This document shows positions 9,916-18,850 of a DNA stretch of 32,000 nucleotides, one piece after another. The notes below the pieces were generated by a model. The model searched no databases. It was not told the DNA's origin and worked only from the letters and a program-made list of their open reading frames with translations. Made by a program: the position numbers and the translations under genes. The stretch is from Zestosphaera tikiterensis. Lineage in GTDB: Archaea; Thermoproteota; Thermoprotei_A; Sulfolobales; NBVN01. The stretch is from assembly GCA_003056265.1 (NCBI GenBank), contig NBVN01000002.1:270001-302000 (forward strand), in the 5' to 3' direction. Position 1 is the first letter of the stretch. Every line of letters starts with the position of its first letter.

Positions 9916-10527
9916 ATGGGTAGATATGTCGTAGGCATCACCGGAAGTAGTGGGTTAATCTACGGAGTTAGGCTTACGCAGGTTTTAAGCGAGTTAAAAC
10001 ATGAGGTATACGTTATAGTTAGTGACGAAGCTAAGTTAGTAGCTGATTATGAATGCTTAAATAGGGATAAATTAAATGAGGTACTCTCCAGATATGCTAA
10101 AAAGGTTTTTTCAGAACATGATTTCACATCACCATTAGCGTCGTCTTCGTTTTTAATCGATGGTGTGGTAGTAGCTCCATGCAGTCTTAAGTCTTTAGCT
10201 GAAATCGCTAATTCAATACAATCTACGTTGATTGTAAGATCGACGTTAAATGCTTTAAGGCTTAAACGTAAGGTTGTTCTACTAGTTAGAGATACGCCCC
10301 TATCAACTTTAGACTTGATTAACATGTTGAAGGCTTCAATCGCAGGTGCTGTGATTATGCCAGCGTCCCCAGGCTTTTACAGTGAACCCTCCTCTATGAA
10401 AGACTTAATTGATTTCATTGTTGGAAAAATACTGGATGTTTTAGAAATACCTAACGACCTATATAGGAGATGGAGTGATAGAAACGCAGCTCCTACTCGT
10501 AGTAATCTTTGCGACCAGTTCTTTTAG
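9916..10527 (+). CDS. ubiX: Flavin prenyltransferase UbiX/Pad1 family
   Basis: 203 aa with VVGITGSSGLIYGVRL, VVAPCSLKSLAEIA and RDTPLS..L.NML.....GAVIMPASPGFY, as in UbiX. Confidence 0.85.
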   Translation: MGRYVVGITGSSGLIYGVRLTQVLSELKHEVYVIVSDEAKLVADYECLNRDKLNEVLSRYAKKVFSEHDFTSPLASSSFLIDGVVVAPCSLKSLAEIANSIQSTLIVRSTLNALRLKRKVVLLVRDTPLSTLDLINMLKASIAGAVIMPASPGFYSEPSSMKDLIDFIVGKILDVLEIPNDLYRRWSDRNAAPTRSNLCDQFF

Positions 10528-10951
10528 CTAATATACTCTTAACTTTCGAATCTATATCGGATTTATCGAGTTCCTTAATATATTCCTCCTCGCTTTCTTT
10601 AAACTTAACTGAGAACGCGCACCTACCATCAGGTAGTAACGCCTTCCTATCGCAGAAAGCGAACTGGCATTTATACCCTAAGCATACGTCACCTATCCAT
10701 CTACACATAGCTACCTTCTGCACATGGCCTTTAACCACTCTATTAACAGCTACTAACGCGTTTTTAGAACATTTAAAGAATGGACATAATTGATTACACT
10801 TATCGCCTATAGGCATAGGCTTAAGCTCTTCCTTCCTCTCTTGATGCGCCTCCTCTTTGTAAAACCTATCGTGTTTAAACCTACTGAAGTCTTTACCCCT
10901 TTCAAATGGTTGATATTCATAACGTTTATCTTGAGGTTTCAAATCACTCAC
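10493..10951 (-). CDS. Cysteine-rich hypothetical protein
   Basis: 152 aa with about 11 Cys in the central 70 residues (CNQLCPFFKC...C...C...C...C...C). Possible metal cluster; no family recognised. Confidence 0.5.
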   Translation of the reverse strand: MSDLKPQDKRYEYQPFERGKDFSRFKHDRFYKEEAHQERKEELKPMPIGDKCNQLCPFFKCSKNALVAVNRVVKGHVQKVAMCRWIGDVCLGYKCQFAFCDRKALLPDGRCAFSVKFKESEEEYIKELDKSDIDSKVKSILAKRTGRKDYYE

Positions 10952-11074
10952 CAGCTACCCCACGTATTTACCAGATCTCGACCAGGTTTCAAACACGTAC
11001 ACAACCTGCTCAAGTCCTCAGTCAAATATCTTTTCTTTTCTATGCTTATAAGTCTTGCGGGTTATCAACACGCA

Positions 11075-11683
11075 CTACGGCTTAAACCATTTAAATAAAA
11101 CATAGTTCTTCAGACCTGACGGTAAGAGAATAGCTAGAAGTAAGTCTTTCCTAACACTGTGTGAAAGCCTTCCCCAACCTATTAAATCACCCGGATCTAT
11201 TACTTGATCGTATTTAAGCACTTTAACTAAGTAGGGAGCGTGTTCAAGCCCGGGCGCTTTTCTATATATGGCGAAATCAGACCCATACTTCAAAGCAGAC
11301 CTAACCACAAACCCTAAATCTCGAAGCTCCTTATAAACTTCATATAATTCCTTAAAATCAGGTATGAGTTTTTCGCATAAACCTTCAAATTCCAATTGAC
11401 TTAACTTAACCCCGTCTTTAACGATAGCTAAAACACCCTTCTGTTGAAGGTAGTAAGCCTCAACTAAAGATAGCTCTAGAGGCCTACCTAAATCGTATTT
11501 CTTAGGTTTTTTAACGCCTAAGGGCTTACCGAAGAAACCCACTTCGAAAAGACATTTAGCTACCTCAACGTCGAAAACCACGGCTTTAGATCCGATTAAA
11601 TGGGCTTCTCCTGAAGGACACTCACCTATGTAGCGCGATGTACCTGAGATTTGTCCCCACCCTCTTAAGAATGTCTGCCGCAT
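11075..11683 (-). CDS. endA: tRNA-splicing endonuclease, catalytic subunit
   Basis: GFVVRSALKYGSDFAIYRK...HAPYLVKV...SHSVRKDLLLA carries the catalytic Y/H/K context of archaeal EndA. The start is uncertain because the ATG at 11683 overlaps the upstream gene by 62 nt. Confidence 0.8.
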   Translation of the reverse strand: MRQTFLRGWGQISGTSRYIGECPSGEAHLIGSKAVVFDVEVAKCLFEVGFFGKPLGVKKPKKYDLGRPLELSLVEAYYLQQKGVLAIVKDGVKLSQLEFEGLCEKLIPDFKELYEVYKELRDLGFVVRSALKYGSDFAIYRKAPGLEHAPYLVKVLKYDQVIDPGDLIGWGRLSHSVRKDLLLAILLPSGLKNYVLFKWFKP

Positions 11684-12311
11684 CCTCCAACTTATCGGCG
11701 AGTTCCTTAACTAGTATTAAAGCCCCCACATCGTTTGAATAATGTTTTATCGTTTCTAAGCCTATCTCCCTATGAAGATCGTCAACGCTGTTCTCCAAGC
11801 TGATTATTTTTTGATAGAGTTCCCGTGCTTGCTTGCCGTTCCTCAACTTACTAATCATTTGACTTATGACGTCTAACATCTCAAGGATTTTCCTCACTAC
11901 AGCATCTAGATATGCGTAGATGTTATCCGGTAACTTCTCAAAGCCTTTAGTCACTAAAAGCAAACTTCTGTTGGCTGAAGCTTCAGCATGTTCAGCAAAT
12001 CTTATTAAGTCCTGCACTATCTCTACGTAGACATCTTTGAAAGTTAGGGCGGGCGAAACCCTAATTATGTATTCAGTTAAGTTTATTCCCGATTCTTCAA
12101 CCCCGTCTTTAAGCAGCTTAACTCTACCGTATCTCTTCTCAACACCTACTTTATTCATGTCGTCTAAATCCTTAAGCATTAAAGCCAGCTCCTTATAAAC
12201 GTCGGATGCTTTCCTAGCCATCAACGTTAACTGCTCGGCTATGTTTGATTCAGCTATGCTTTCTCTCTCGCCACCTGCCGTAGTTTCAAACCTAATGCTT
12301 TCTTCAGCCAC
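11622..12311 (-). CDS. DUF47 (PhoU-like, PhoU_div) family protein
   Basis: 229 aa, helical. The C-terminal pattern LENSVDDLHREI...ILVKELADKLEDAADILKRV matches the DUF47 signature as I recall it (for example B. subtilis YkaA). Confidence 0.55.
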   Translation of the reverse strand: MAEESIRFETTAGGERESIAESNIAEQLTLMARKASDVYKELALMLKDLDDMNKVGVEKRYGRVKLLKDGVEESGINLTEYIIRVSPALTFKDVYVEIVQDLIRFAEHAEASANRSLLLVTKGFEKLPDNIYAYLDAVVRKILEMLDVISQMISKLRNGKQARELYQKIISLENSVDDLHREIGLETIKHYSNDVGALILVKELADKLEDAADILKRVGTNLRYIALHR

Positions 12312-12359
12312 TATCTCATCCCATTTTAAATAGTGGAAGTCCGATATTTAACGTTTCCT

Positions 12360-12782
12360 TTAATGTTTACGCATCACGTTGATTTTATTAAGGATTTTCT
12401 CGGCTTCATCACTTAAACTTTTAACGTTGCTTAACTCATTATTAAAGTATTCTACATCCTCTGATAAACCCTTACTTAACGCGTAGTTTTTAATTTCAAT
12501 GAGTGCTTCCTCCTCAACGTTGACAGCGACCAACACTGTAAAGCTTAATAACGCAGTCACAGGCTCTATAAAAGCTTCCGTAAATTCAATCTCGTTGAGT
12601 TTCTTCAACCTTTTCATTAAAGTTTCTCGAGATTTACTAACTCTGCCTACGTAATCTTTAACTACTTCGTAATCTACTTCGTTATTGTTTAACCTACTCG
12701 CAAGCTCTTTAAGTTTCTTTAACTGCTTATCCCTCGCTAAAGTCTGCCTCTCCAATTCTTTAAAAAGTACGGCCTCATTCAT
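12360..12782 (-). CDS. Hypothetical coiled-coil protein
   Basis: 140-aa K/E-rich ORF. Its start codon shares one nucleotide with the stop codon of the upstream ORF. Confidence 0.4.
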   Translation of the reverse strand: MNEAVLFKELERQTLARDKQLKKLKELASRLNNNEVDYEVVKDYVGRVSKSRETLMKRLKKLNEIEFTEAFIEPVTALLSFTVLVAVNVEEEALIEIKNYALSKGLSEDVEYFNNELSNVKSLSDEAEKILNKINVMRKH

Positions 12783-13147
12783 TAAGCCGCCCTCACAGTA
12801 GCCATAGAGTTGTCAGCAACTCCTTTCTCCTTCATCAACTCTTCATTCGCCCAAACCTCACCTTCAGGAATCCCCTCTAAAATAGTTGCTTTAAAAACAA
12901 GTTTCTTACGACCCGCTATAGAAAGTTCAATACTTTCTTTAATGTTTAACTCCTTAGCTAGTCGAGGGTTAATCCTAAGCTCGTCTGGAGATACATCACT
13001 TTTAAGCCTTACTCTAATTCTTTTTTCCTTAACTTGCTTAACACCCTTACTTAAAACCTCACTAGCTGGAGGTATAACCATAACTAACTGTTTAACATCT
13101 CTCTTCTGCGACGGTGTTTTAGACTCCTCACTACTCAGGCTTAACAC
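12782..13147 (-). CDS. Hypothetical protein (possible small beta-barrel domain)
   Basis: 121-aa ORF upstream of and co-oriented with 12360-12782, and downstream of glyS. No motif recognised. Confidence 0.4.
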   Translation of the reverse strand: MLSLSSEESKTPSQKRDVKQLVMVIPPASEVLSKGVKQVKEKRIRVRLKSDVSPDELRINPRLAKELNIKESIELSIAGRKKLVFKATILEGIPEGEVWANEELMKEKGVADNSMATVRAA

Positions 13148-13216
13148 CCCTCAAGATAATAATGTGTTATTTAAAATAAACTTACAGCGTACCTACATAT
13201 CGTTAAGGTAAAGCCC

Positions 13217-14926
13217 TTAAAGTCGCTCTAACTGCTTTCTAACCCAACCAACGACTTCATCAGCTTTGATTCTGAATTGTTCTTTAGTGTCTCTTAGCCT
13301 TATAGTGACTGTGGAATCCTCTACTGATTGATAATCTACGGTTACTGCAAACGGCACTCCTATCTCGTCGGCCCTAGCGTATCTCCTACCTATACTTCCT
13401 GATTCATCGTAAATCACCGTTAACTTAGCTTCTACGCAGTCCCTATAGATCTTCCTAGCTAGGCTTACTAGAGGTTCACGCGTTACTAGAGGAAACACAG
13501 CAAGCTTATATGGAGCTATCTTCGGAGGTAGTTTTAAATACGTCCTATCAGCTTCCTCTACGTAAGCCTTATCTAAAGCAACTAGAACTAACCTTTCAGC
13601 ACCAAATGAAGGTTCAACTACATGAGGTATGAACTTACGGCCGCTAACCCTCTCCCTAACCTCAACTATTTTAATTGCTTCACTAGGTATTGAATAACCC
13701 CCAACGACAACCTCGTTGGATTTGTTCTTCAACGCCTCCTCAATCTTAAGGACATCAGCATATATCACAGCGTTAATAACCTCTGAAGCTTTTTCTTTAA
13801 ATAACTTACCGATAATCGCCTTATCCACAACAACCTTCTTAACAGTTACTTCCTTAGGTTCTGGAAACTCTTTAAATACGGTGAGGTCCTGACCTGAGTA
13901 AGTCATATGCCTCGATAGGTCGTAATCCGTCCTATACGCATGTCCTGAAACCTCAACCCATCCCCACCTACTTATCTTAACGAGTTGATCGAAGGTTTGC
14001 TTTGAGTAATGAGCTCTTTCCTCAGGTAACTTTTCTTCAAACACAACCTCATCTTCGTTAACCCCTAACTCCTTAACGAAAGCTTGAGCGACCAACATCC
14101 AATAAGCTAACCACGGATTAAGTACTATCCTTTCTTTGACGGCTTCCTCCGGATCGACCACTATCGGTTCTCTACAATCTTTCCTCCTACATTCGGCTGT
14201 CAGTATTTTAAGCTTGCCTTTAAACCTTGAGTAATTCGGTTCACCAGGTTCTTCAGGGTCGAAGAAGAACTCAACCTCCATTATAGTGAATTCCCTTAAT
14301 CTAATCATTCCCTGCCTAGGTGAAATCTCGTTTCTAGCTACCCTACCTGTTTGAGCTATCCCTAACGGCAGTGAAGCCCTCATGCAGGTATATGTTCTCT
14401 TGAAGGAGGTGAACATACCTTGAGCTGCTTCAGGCCTTAAGTAAGCTACGTTCTGCTTATACGGTCCTATGTTAGTCTGGAATAGTAGGTTAAACGCTCT
14501 TAAATCGCTTAACTCACCACCACATGCCGGGCATCTAACGTTTTTAGATTCTATCAACTCCTTCAGCTCATCTAAGCTTAAGCCCTCAGCTTTTACCTTC
14601 AGCACGTCCTCCACTAAGTGATCGGCTCTATATACCCTACCACATTTACTACACGTTACTATAGGGTCTGTAAAGCTTTCTAAATGTCCAGAAGCTTTGA
14701 AAACTATCTCAGGCGTTATCATCGGTGTTTCAATCATAACTACCATATCCTGATGTTTTAAGACGAAATACTCAATCCATAAGTTCCTTATGTATTCCTT
14801 CATTAAAGCCCCTAAAGGTCCTAAATCGTAAAGTCCTGAAACGCCACCGTAAATCTCGTATGAAGGCCAGAAAAACCCTCTACGGAGAGCTAAGTCAACT
14901 ATTTTCTCATACTTATCTACGCTCAT
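13217..14926 (-). CDS. glyS: Glycine--tRNA ligase (archaeal/eukaryotic dimeric type)
   Basis: RRGFFWPSYEIYGGVSGLYDLGPLG is the N-terminal signature of class II GlyRS. I prefer the ATG at 14926 (MSVDKYEK) over the track's 22-codon upstream extension. Confidence 0.9.
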   Translation of the reverse strand: MSVDKYEKIVDLALRRGFFWPSYEIYGGVSGLYDLGPLGALMKEYIRNLWIEYFVLKHQDMVVMIETPMITPEIVFKASGHLESFTDPIVTCSKCGRVYRADHLVEDVLKVKAEGLSLDELKELIESKNVRCPACGGELSDLRAFNLLFQTNIGPYKQNVAYLRPEAAQGMFTSFKRTYTCMRASLPLGIAQTGRVARNEISPRQGMIRLREFTIMEVEFFFDPEEPGEPNYSRFKGKLKILTAECRRKDCREPIVVDPEEAVKERIVLNPWLAYWMLVAQAFVKELGVNEDEVVFEEKLPEERAHYSKQTFDQLVKISRWGWVEVSGHAYRTDYDLSRHMTYSGQDLTVFKEFPEPKEVTVKKVVVDKAIIGKLFKEKASEVINAVIYADVLKIEEALKNKSNEVVVGGYSIPSEAIKIVEVRERVSGRKFIPHVVEPSFGAERLVLVALDKAYVEEADRTYLKLPPKIAPYKLAVFPLVTREPLVSLARKIYRDCVEAKLTVIYDESGSIGRRYARADEIGVPFAVTVDYQSVEDSTVTIRLRDTKEQFRIKADEVVGWVRKQLERL

Positions 14927-15009
14927 CTCCCACTCCACAAAATATGTTTGAGTGTATTGAGTATTAAATATTATAAGATGCGATCCGACCATTATTAGGT
15001 GGTGTGTAA

Positions 15010-15906
15010 GTGCTTGAACTCTACTTGATTAAAAACCCTTACGTCTTCCTAGGCGTTAACGGATCTAGAGAGAAGACGGACTTAAGCGTGGTTGGCGTTC
15101 CTTTCGACTCGACAAATAGCTTCAGACCCGGCTCTAGATTTGCGCCGGCGACTATAAGGCTTGTTTCTCAATCGTTAGAGACATATTCTTTCAGATCAGG
15201 TATTGCTTTAGAGGATAACCCACCGGTTGATGAAGGAGATATAGCTGTAGTTCACGGAAGTGCTGAGTTAAGTTTAAGAAATATAGCTGTTGTTTCTGAC
15301 GAATTATTCAGCAGTGGAAGGAGGGTAGGTTTCTTAGGTGGTGAGCATACGATAACATACGGTATCGTGGAAGGTTTAGTTAAGGCTTTAGGTAGGTCGC
15401 TTTGCGTCTTAGTTTTCGACGCACACCTAGACTATAGGAGTGAGTACTTAGGCTATAAGTTAAGCCATGCCTGCGTTACGAGAAGAGTAAGTGAAGTTGT
15501 AGGAACTAACAACGTACTCGTAGCGGGGTTTAGAGCGGTTGATAAGAAAGAATTTAAAGAAGCTAAGACTTCAGGACTTACGTTAATAAACTCCTACGAA
15601 GCTTTAAGATCAACAACTAGGGAATTAAGCTTAAAGATAAACGACTTCATAAAGAACTGTGAAAACCTCTACATATCAATCGATATGGACGTCATAGACC
15701 CAGCATACGCCCCTGGAGTTGCTACTCCAGAACCTGAAGGAATAACGCCAACAACCTTACTTGACGTATTAACTAGGATACCTAAAGATAAAGTAGTAGG
15801 CTTCGACATAGTGGAGGTAAACCCATTATCAGACTACGGAAACGTAACATCATTCACAGCCGCTAAGATAGCTATAGAACTCTTTACGCATCTAACACGA
15901 CAATGA
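15010..15906 (+). CDS. speB: Agmatinase (arginase/ureohydrolase family)
   Basis: 298 aa, GTG start, with GGEHTITYG, DAHLDYR and SIDMDVIDPAYAPGVATPEPEG Mn-binding motifs. Confidence 0.85.
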   Translation: MLELYLIKNPYVFLGVNGSREKTDLSVVGVPFDSTNSFRPGSRFAPATIRLVSQSLETYSFRSGIALEDNPPVDEGDIAVVHGSAELSLRNIAVVSDELFSSGRRVGFLGGEHTITYGIVEGLVKALGRSLCVLVFDAHLDYRSEYLGYKLSHACVTRRVSEVVGTNNVLVAGFRAVDKKEFKEAKTSGLTLINSYEALRSTTRELSLKINDFIKNCENLYISIDMDVIDPAYAPGVATPEPEGITPTTLLDVLTRIPKDKVVGFDIVEVNPLSDYGNVTSFTAAKIAIELFTHLTRQ

Positions 15907-16126
15907 AATAGGGACTAATCCGTTACGTTTATCGTCATTACTGTAGCTCCGCCTAAAAGATGCCCTGCTAATGAGCAGAAGTCCAAGCTTAGATCTTAAC
16001 TCTAAGTCAAAGCAGTACTATCGTCGTGTTTAAAGACCCCCTCTTTTCAACAAAATATAGTGGTGTCGACGACTAACATATAAAAATCCATATCACTAAG
16101 GGTGTTTTAACCGTTAAGTCCATCGA

Positions 16127-16137
16127 TAAAAATTATA
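16127..16137 (+). promoter_or_regulatory. Putative TATA box for the tRNA-Thr gene
   Basis: AAAAATTATAA lies about 30-40 nt upstream of the mature tRNA 5' end. Confidence 0.35.
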
Positions 16138-16165
16138 AGGTGTGGTGTTATGTTATTTTGATGGT

Positions 16166-16239
16166 GCCGCCGTAGCTCAGCCGGGTAGAGCACCGGCCTT
16201 GTAAGCCGGGGGTCGCGGGTTCGAATCCCGCCGGCGGCT
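16166..16239 (+). tRNA. tRNA-Thr (anticodon UGU)
   Basis: Hand-folded cloverleaf. Acceptor GCCGCCG/CGGCGGC, anticodon stem CCGGC/GCCGG with loop CTTGTAA (anticodon TGT), and T-arm GCGGG-TTCGAATC-CCGC. No encoded CCA. Very GC-rich stems. Confidence 0.9.
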
Positions 16240-16269
16240 TAACTCACGCGTAAAAGTTTATATACCTCT

Positions 16270-16307
16270 CATGAGTTCCCATTTAATGGAGGTTTCGGGA
16301 ACTCATG
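16270..16307. repeat. Perfect 11-bp inverted repeat spanning the integrase start codon
   Basis: CATGAGTTCCC (16270-16280) and GGGAACTCATG (16297-16307) are separated by 16 nt containing GGAGG. The right arm includes the integrase ATG (16305-16307). Confidence 0.8.
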
Positions 16308-17603
16308 GCGGAATTCAATTCGGAATTCGTGTCTGATGGTGATTGGTTTGTAAGTGTTAATGTTGATGCTGTTGATGATGAGGCTAGGCGTAGTATTTTA
16401 GAAGTTGTTAAGAATAAGTTGGGTTTTACTAAGGCGTGTGAGGTCTTAGGTATAGTTAAGTCGAGTTTACATAGGTATTTAAGTGGTGAGAGGAGGGTTC
16501 CTAATGAAGTTGTTAAGAATGCTTTGAAGTTTCTAACTAAGTCTGAGTTTGAGTCGATAGTTGGTGATTGGGGTAGGTTAAAAGCTTTAGGTGTTGTTAA
16601 GGAGGGGGGTTTAATAGATTATGGGTTAGCTCTTAAGATTTTAGCGTTAGCGTCTAAAGACGAGTATTTAAAAAATGCGATGCTTAAGTTTATAGTTCAA
16701 GAGTTTAGAGACGATTTAAGGAAGATGTTAGGGATAAGCTTAGCAGGCGTTAAGCTTGAATGGAGTGAAGACTTCGAACACTTCCTAATGGAGCGTAAGA
16801 AAAGAAGGAAAGTCAAGGATTTTGAAACGCTTAAGTACTACAAATCCATATTCACGAAATACCTGCAGGGTAAGGAGCTTAGTGAGCAGGTAATCGATTA
16901 CGTTGTTAACCATAAAAATAAATGGCTTAGAAACGTGTTCAGACACTACATACAATACCTATATTACAAACGTAGGATAAGCCCAGAAACGTTCGGGTGG
17001 GTAATGGAGGTAGTTCCTTCAAGAAGCTATAAACTTGACGTTAGACCATATCAAATAAGCTTGGAGGAAGTTAAGAAAACGCTGAAGTTCCTTAAAATCA
17101 ATCATCAAACGTATTACGTAGTCTATAGGGTAATGCTTGAGTCGGGTGCTAGGTTTGAACACGTGTTAAAAATGATTAAAGAATGGGACCCTGACGAAGT
17201 AATTGAAATACCTAACGTAGGTATTGAAAGCAGTAGGCTAGTATGCTTTGAAGATAGCGACTTCTGTCGATACTACATGGGATTAAAAGGCTCTGAAAAA
17301 CCCTGCGAGTGGATATACTTCAGCATAGAGACGCTAGATATGCTTGAAGAAATAGCTCCAACACATATAAACAGATCACCAATAACTAAATACGCTAAAA
17401 GGCACGAACTAATACTACCTAAATACATGAGAAAAATAGCTTGGAGGTTAATGATTAAAACAATACCTAGGGAAGTCGCTAGATTCATACAGTCTAGATT
17501 TGGAGAATTGAGAATATCTGAGGCTAGATATGAAGATCTGCTAAGTGAAGCAGACGAATCTTATCTAAAATACCTTGAACATCTTAAGCAGTTAACACTA
17601 TAG
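16305..17603 (+). CDS. Tyrosine-recombinase-type integrase (archaeal, intact pNOB8-type-like) with N-terminal HTH
   Basis: 432 aa. HTH-like TKACEVLGIVKSSLHRYLSG. The C-terminal half has candidate catalytic residues ESGAR(FEH), YMRKIAWR and IQSRFG...SEARY, an R..xxR..R..Y pattern as in archaeal integrases. It is adjacent to a tRNA gene. Confidence 0.7.
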   Translation: MAEFNSEFVSDGDWFVSVNVDAVDDEARRSILEVVKNKLGFTKACEVLGIVKSSLHRYLSGERRVPNEVVKNALKFLTKSEFESIVGDWGRLKALGVVKEGGLIDYGLALKILALASKDEYLKNAMLKFIVQEFRDDLRKMLGISLAGVKLEWSEDFEHFLMERKKRRKVKDFETLKYYKSIFTKYLQGKELSEQVIDYVVNHKNKWLRNVFRHYIQYLYYKRRISPETFGWVMEVVPSRSYKLDVRPYQISLEEVKKTLKFLKINHQTYYVVYRVMLESGARFEHVLKMIKEWDPDEVIEIPNVGIESSRLVCFEDSDFCRYYMGLKGSEKPCEWIYFSIETLDMLEEIAPTHINRSPITKYAKRHELILPKYMRKIAWRLMIKTIPREVARFIQSRFGELRISEARYEDLLSEADESYLKYLEHLKQLTL

Positions 17604-17688
17604 TTTAGACTATATAGTTATATTTAAACTTAAGAATACTATCATTAAAGTATTTATTTTTGAGATACTGAAATATCTAGGGTTCACA

Positions 17689-17994
17689 ATGAATGCATGG
17701 CTCTATGTTTTTGATGAGTTTAGACCTCTTGATATAGAGTCTTCTGTATTGCTTAGATTGGCTAGAGATGATCCCGTTAAGCTTTTTGATATTGTTAGAG
17801 ATGTTGTTGAGGATTATGTTGGTGTTGTTAGGGATGTGAGGATTCATGATATATACATTGATCCTTATACACATGAGGTATTAGTAGAGTTTATAGCTGT
17901 TTGCGACAGTGGCGAGATATCTGTTAAAATTATTTATTCTGATAACCCCATAGCAATGCTTAGAAAGTATTACAGATTTGAGAGTTTCAGGTAA
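17689..17994 (+). CDS. Hypothetical protein (island-encoded)
   Basis: 101-aa ATG-initiated acidic ORF in an AT-rich segment. No motif recognised. Confidence 0.4.
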   Translation: MNAWLYVFDEFRPLDIESSVLLRLARDDPVKLFDIVRDVVEDYVGVVRDVRIHDIYIDPYTHEVLVEFIAVCDSGEISVKIIYSDNPIAMLRKYYRFESFR

Positions 17995-18067
17995 CACTCT
18001 GATAATACTGTAGCAGAGCATTTTAACTACTTTTTCCAGAAACTCTATAGTAGGTGCTACAGAGCTT

Positions 18068-18223
18068 ATGCCAATACTAGCCACAACCAGGGTTGGAAGA
18101 TACTTTAGAACAACAATACCAAGAGAAGTTAGAAAAATTCTAGATATAAACGAGGATGAAGTTATTGAGCGGATATTTGAAGATGGTAAAATTGTTATTA
18201 GAAAGAGTGGGAGAAATGGTTAA
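18068..18223 (+). CDS. AbrB/SpoVT-domain protein (antitoxin-like), 51 aa
   Basis: Below the track cutoff; my translation is MPILATTRVGRYFRTTIPREVRKILDINEDEVIERIFEDGKIVIRKSGRNG. TTIPxEVRKxL is the AbrB-fold swapped-hairpin signature. Confidence 0.55.
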   Translation: MPILATTRVGRYFRTTIPREVRKILDINEDEVIERIFEDGKIVIRKSGRNG

Positions 18224-18418
18224 ATGCCCTTACTGCGGCTACGAATCAAACATAAACGAGTTTAAAACTCCTTAGAGATCCTTGGAGGTTTAGGTTCTAC
18301 AGAGTTAGGATGCTCCAATGCCCTAAATGTCATGGAGTATTTATTCAACCATTATTATGGGCTGTCTTCAAAGGATAAGGAGATTAAGTTCACAATTAAA
18401 GTAAAGCCTAGGAAATGA
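18216..18418 (+). pseudogene. Frameshifted zinc-ribbon gene remnant
   Basis: Frame 0 reads MVKCPYCGYESNINEFKTP-stop (stop at 18273). Frame +1 continues from the A-run at 18264-18267 as LLRDPWRFRFYRVRMLQCPKCHGVF. Frame +2 continues from about 18344 as FNHYYGLSSKDKEIKFTIKVKPRK-stop. The two CxxC halves of one ribbon lie in different frames, and the start overlaps the AbrB stop (ATGGTTAA). Confidence 0.45.
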
Positions 18419-18782
18419 ACGGAGATGGCTATGGCTGAAAAGCCTGCAGAGAGAACTTACGCTACCAATTATAATGCCTGAATACATGTAGAGTCTCATG
18501 CACCCAAAAAGAAGTTGAATACATCCTAAATGAATTGAAGAAAATAAAATCAGATATTATGTTTACTTAGCAGTCCATGTCTCTATCTCAACGGCGATCT
18601 TACCCTCAGGAAATACTTAGTCGCTAGAGAGGTGGATCTCTAGGAAAATTGTTGATAAAATTGTCATTTATAGTAACTCATGTTATAGGATTTGATGATC
18701 TGCTGACAGCTGTATTTTTCGATATAGCTTGAATCCTGTCGTCTCACCTAGGTACAGGTGAAATCGCAATAAAAGGAACTGA

Positions 18783-18850
18783 GAGTTACTTATGAGGTTT
18801 TAGAAGCCCCTGAAAAGCTAATTCCTTTGTAAGTGTAAATTTACACTAAG
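18783..18850 (+). repeat. Dispersed repeat family, copy A (contains perfect 14-nt palindrome GTGTAAATTTACAC at 18833-18846)
   Basis: TGAGGTTTTAGA (18793-18804), a 27-nt spacer, then AGTGTAAATTTACACTAAG. This aligns with the reverse complement of copy B at identical spacing. Confidence 0.7.

Noticed and set aside
10790-11098. 102-aa plus-strand ORF spanning the gap between the Cys-rich gene and endA
   Set aside because: It overlaps both neighbours and has a hydrophobic/basic shadow-like composition. The true intergenic gap is only about 120 nt.
11622-11683. 62-nt overlap between endA and the upstream DUF47-like gene as a possible recoding or regulatory feature
   Set aside because: It is most simply explained by uncertainty in the endA start. 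I found no in-frame ATG/GTG/TTG downstream of 11622 near the conserved N-terminus, so the overlap may be real, but nothing else suggests anything unusual.
17677-18084. Minus-strand ORFs 17677-17874 and 17881-18084
   Set aside because: The Asn/Ile-rich translations arise from AT-rich DNA antisense to the more plausible plus-strand ORF 17689-17994, and no motifs are present.
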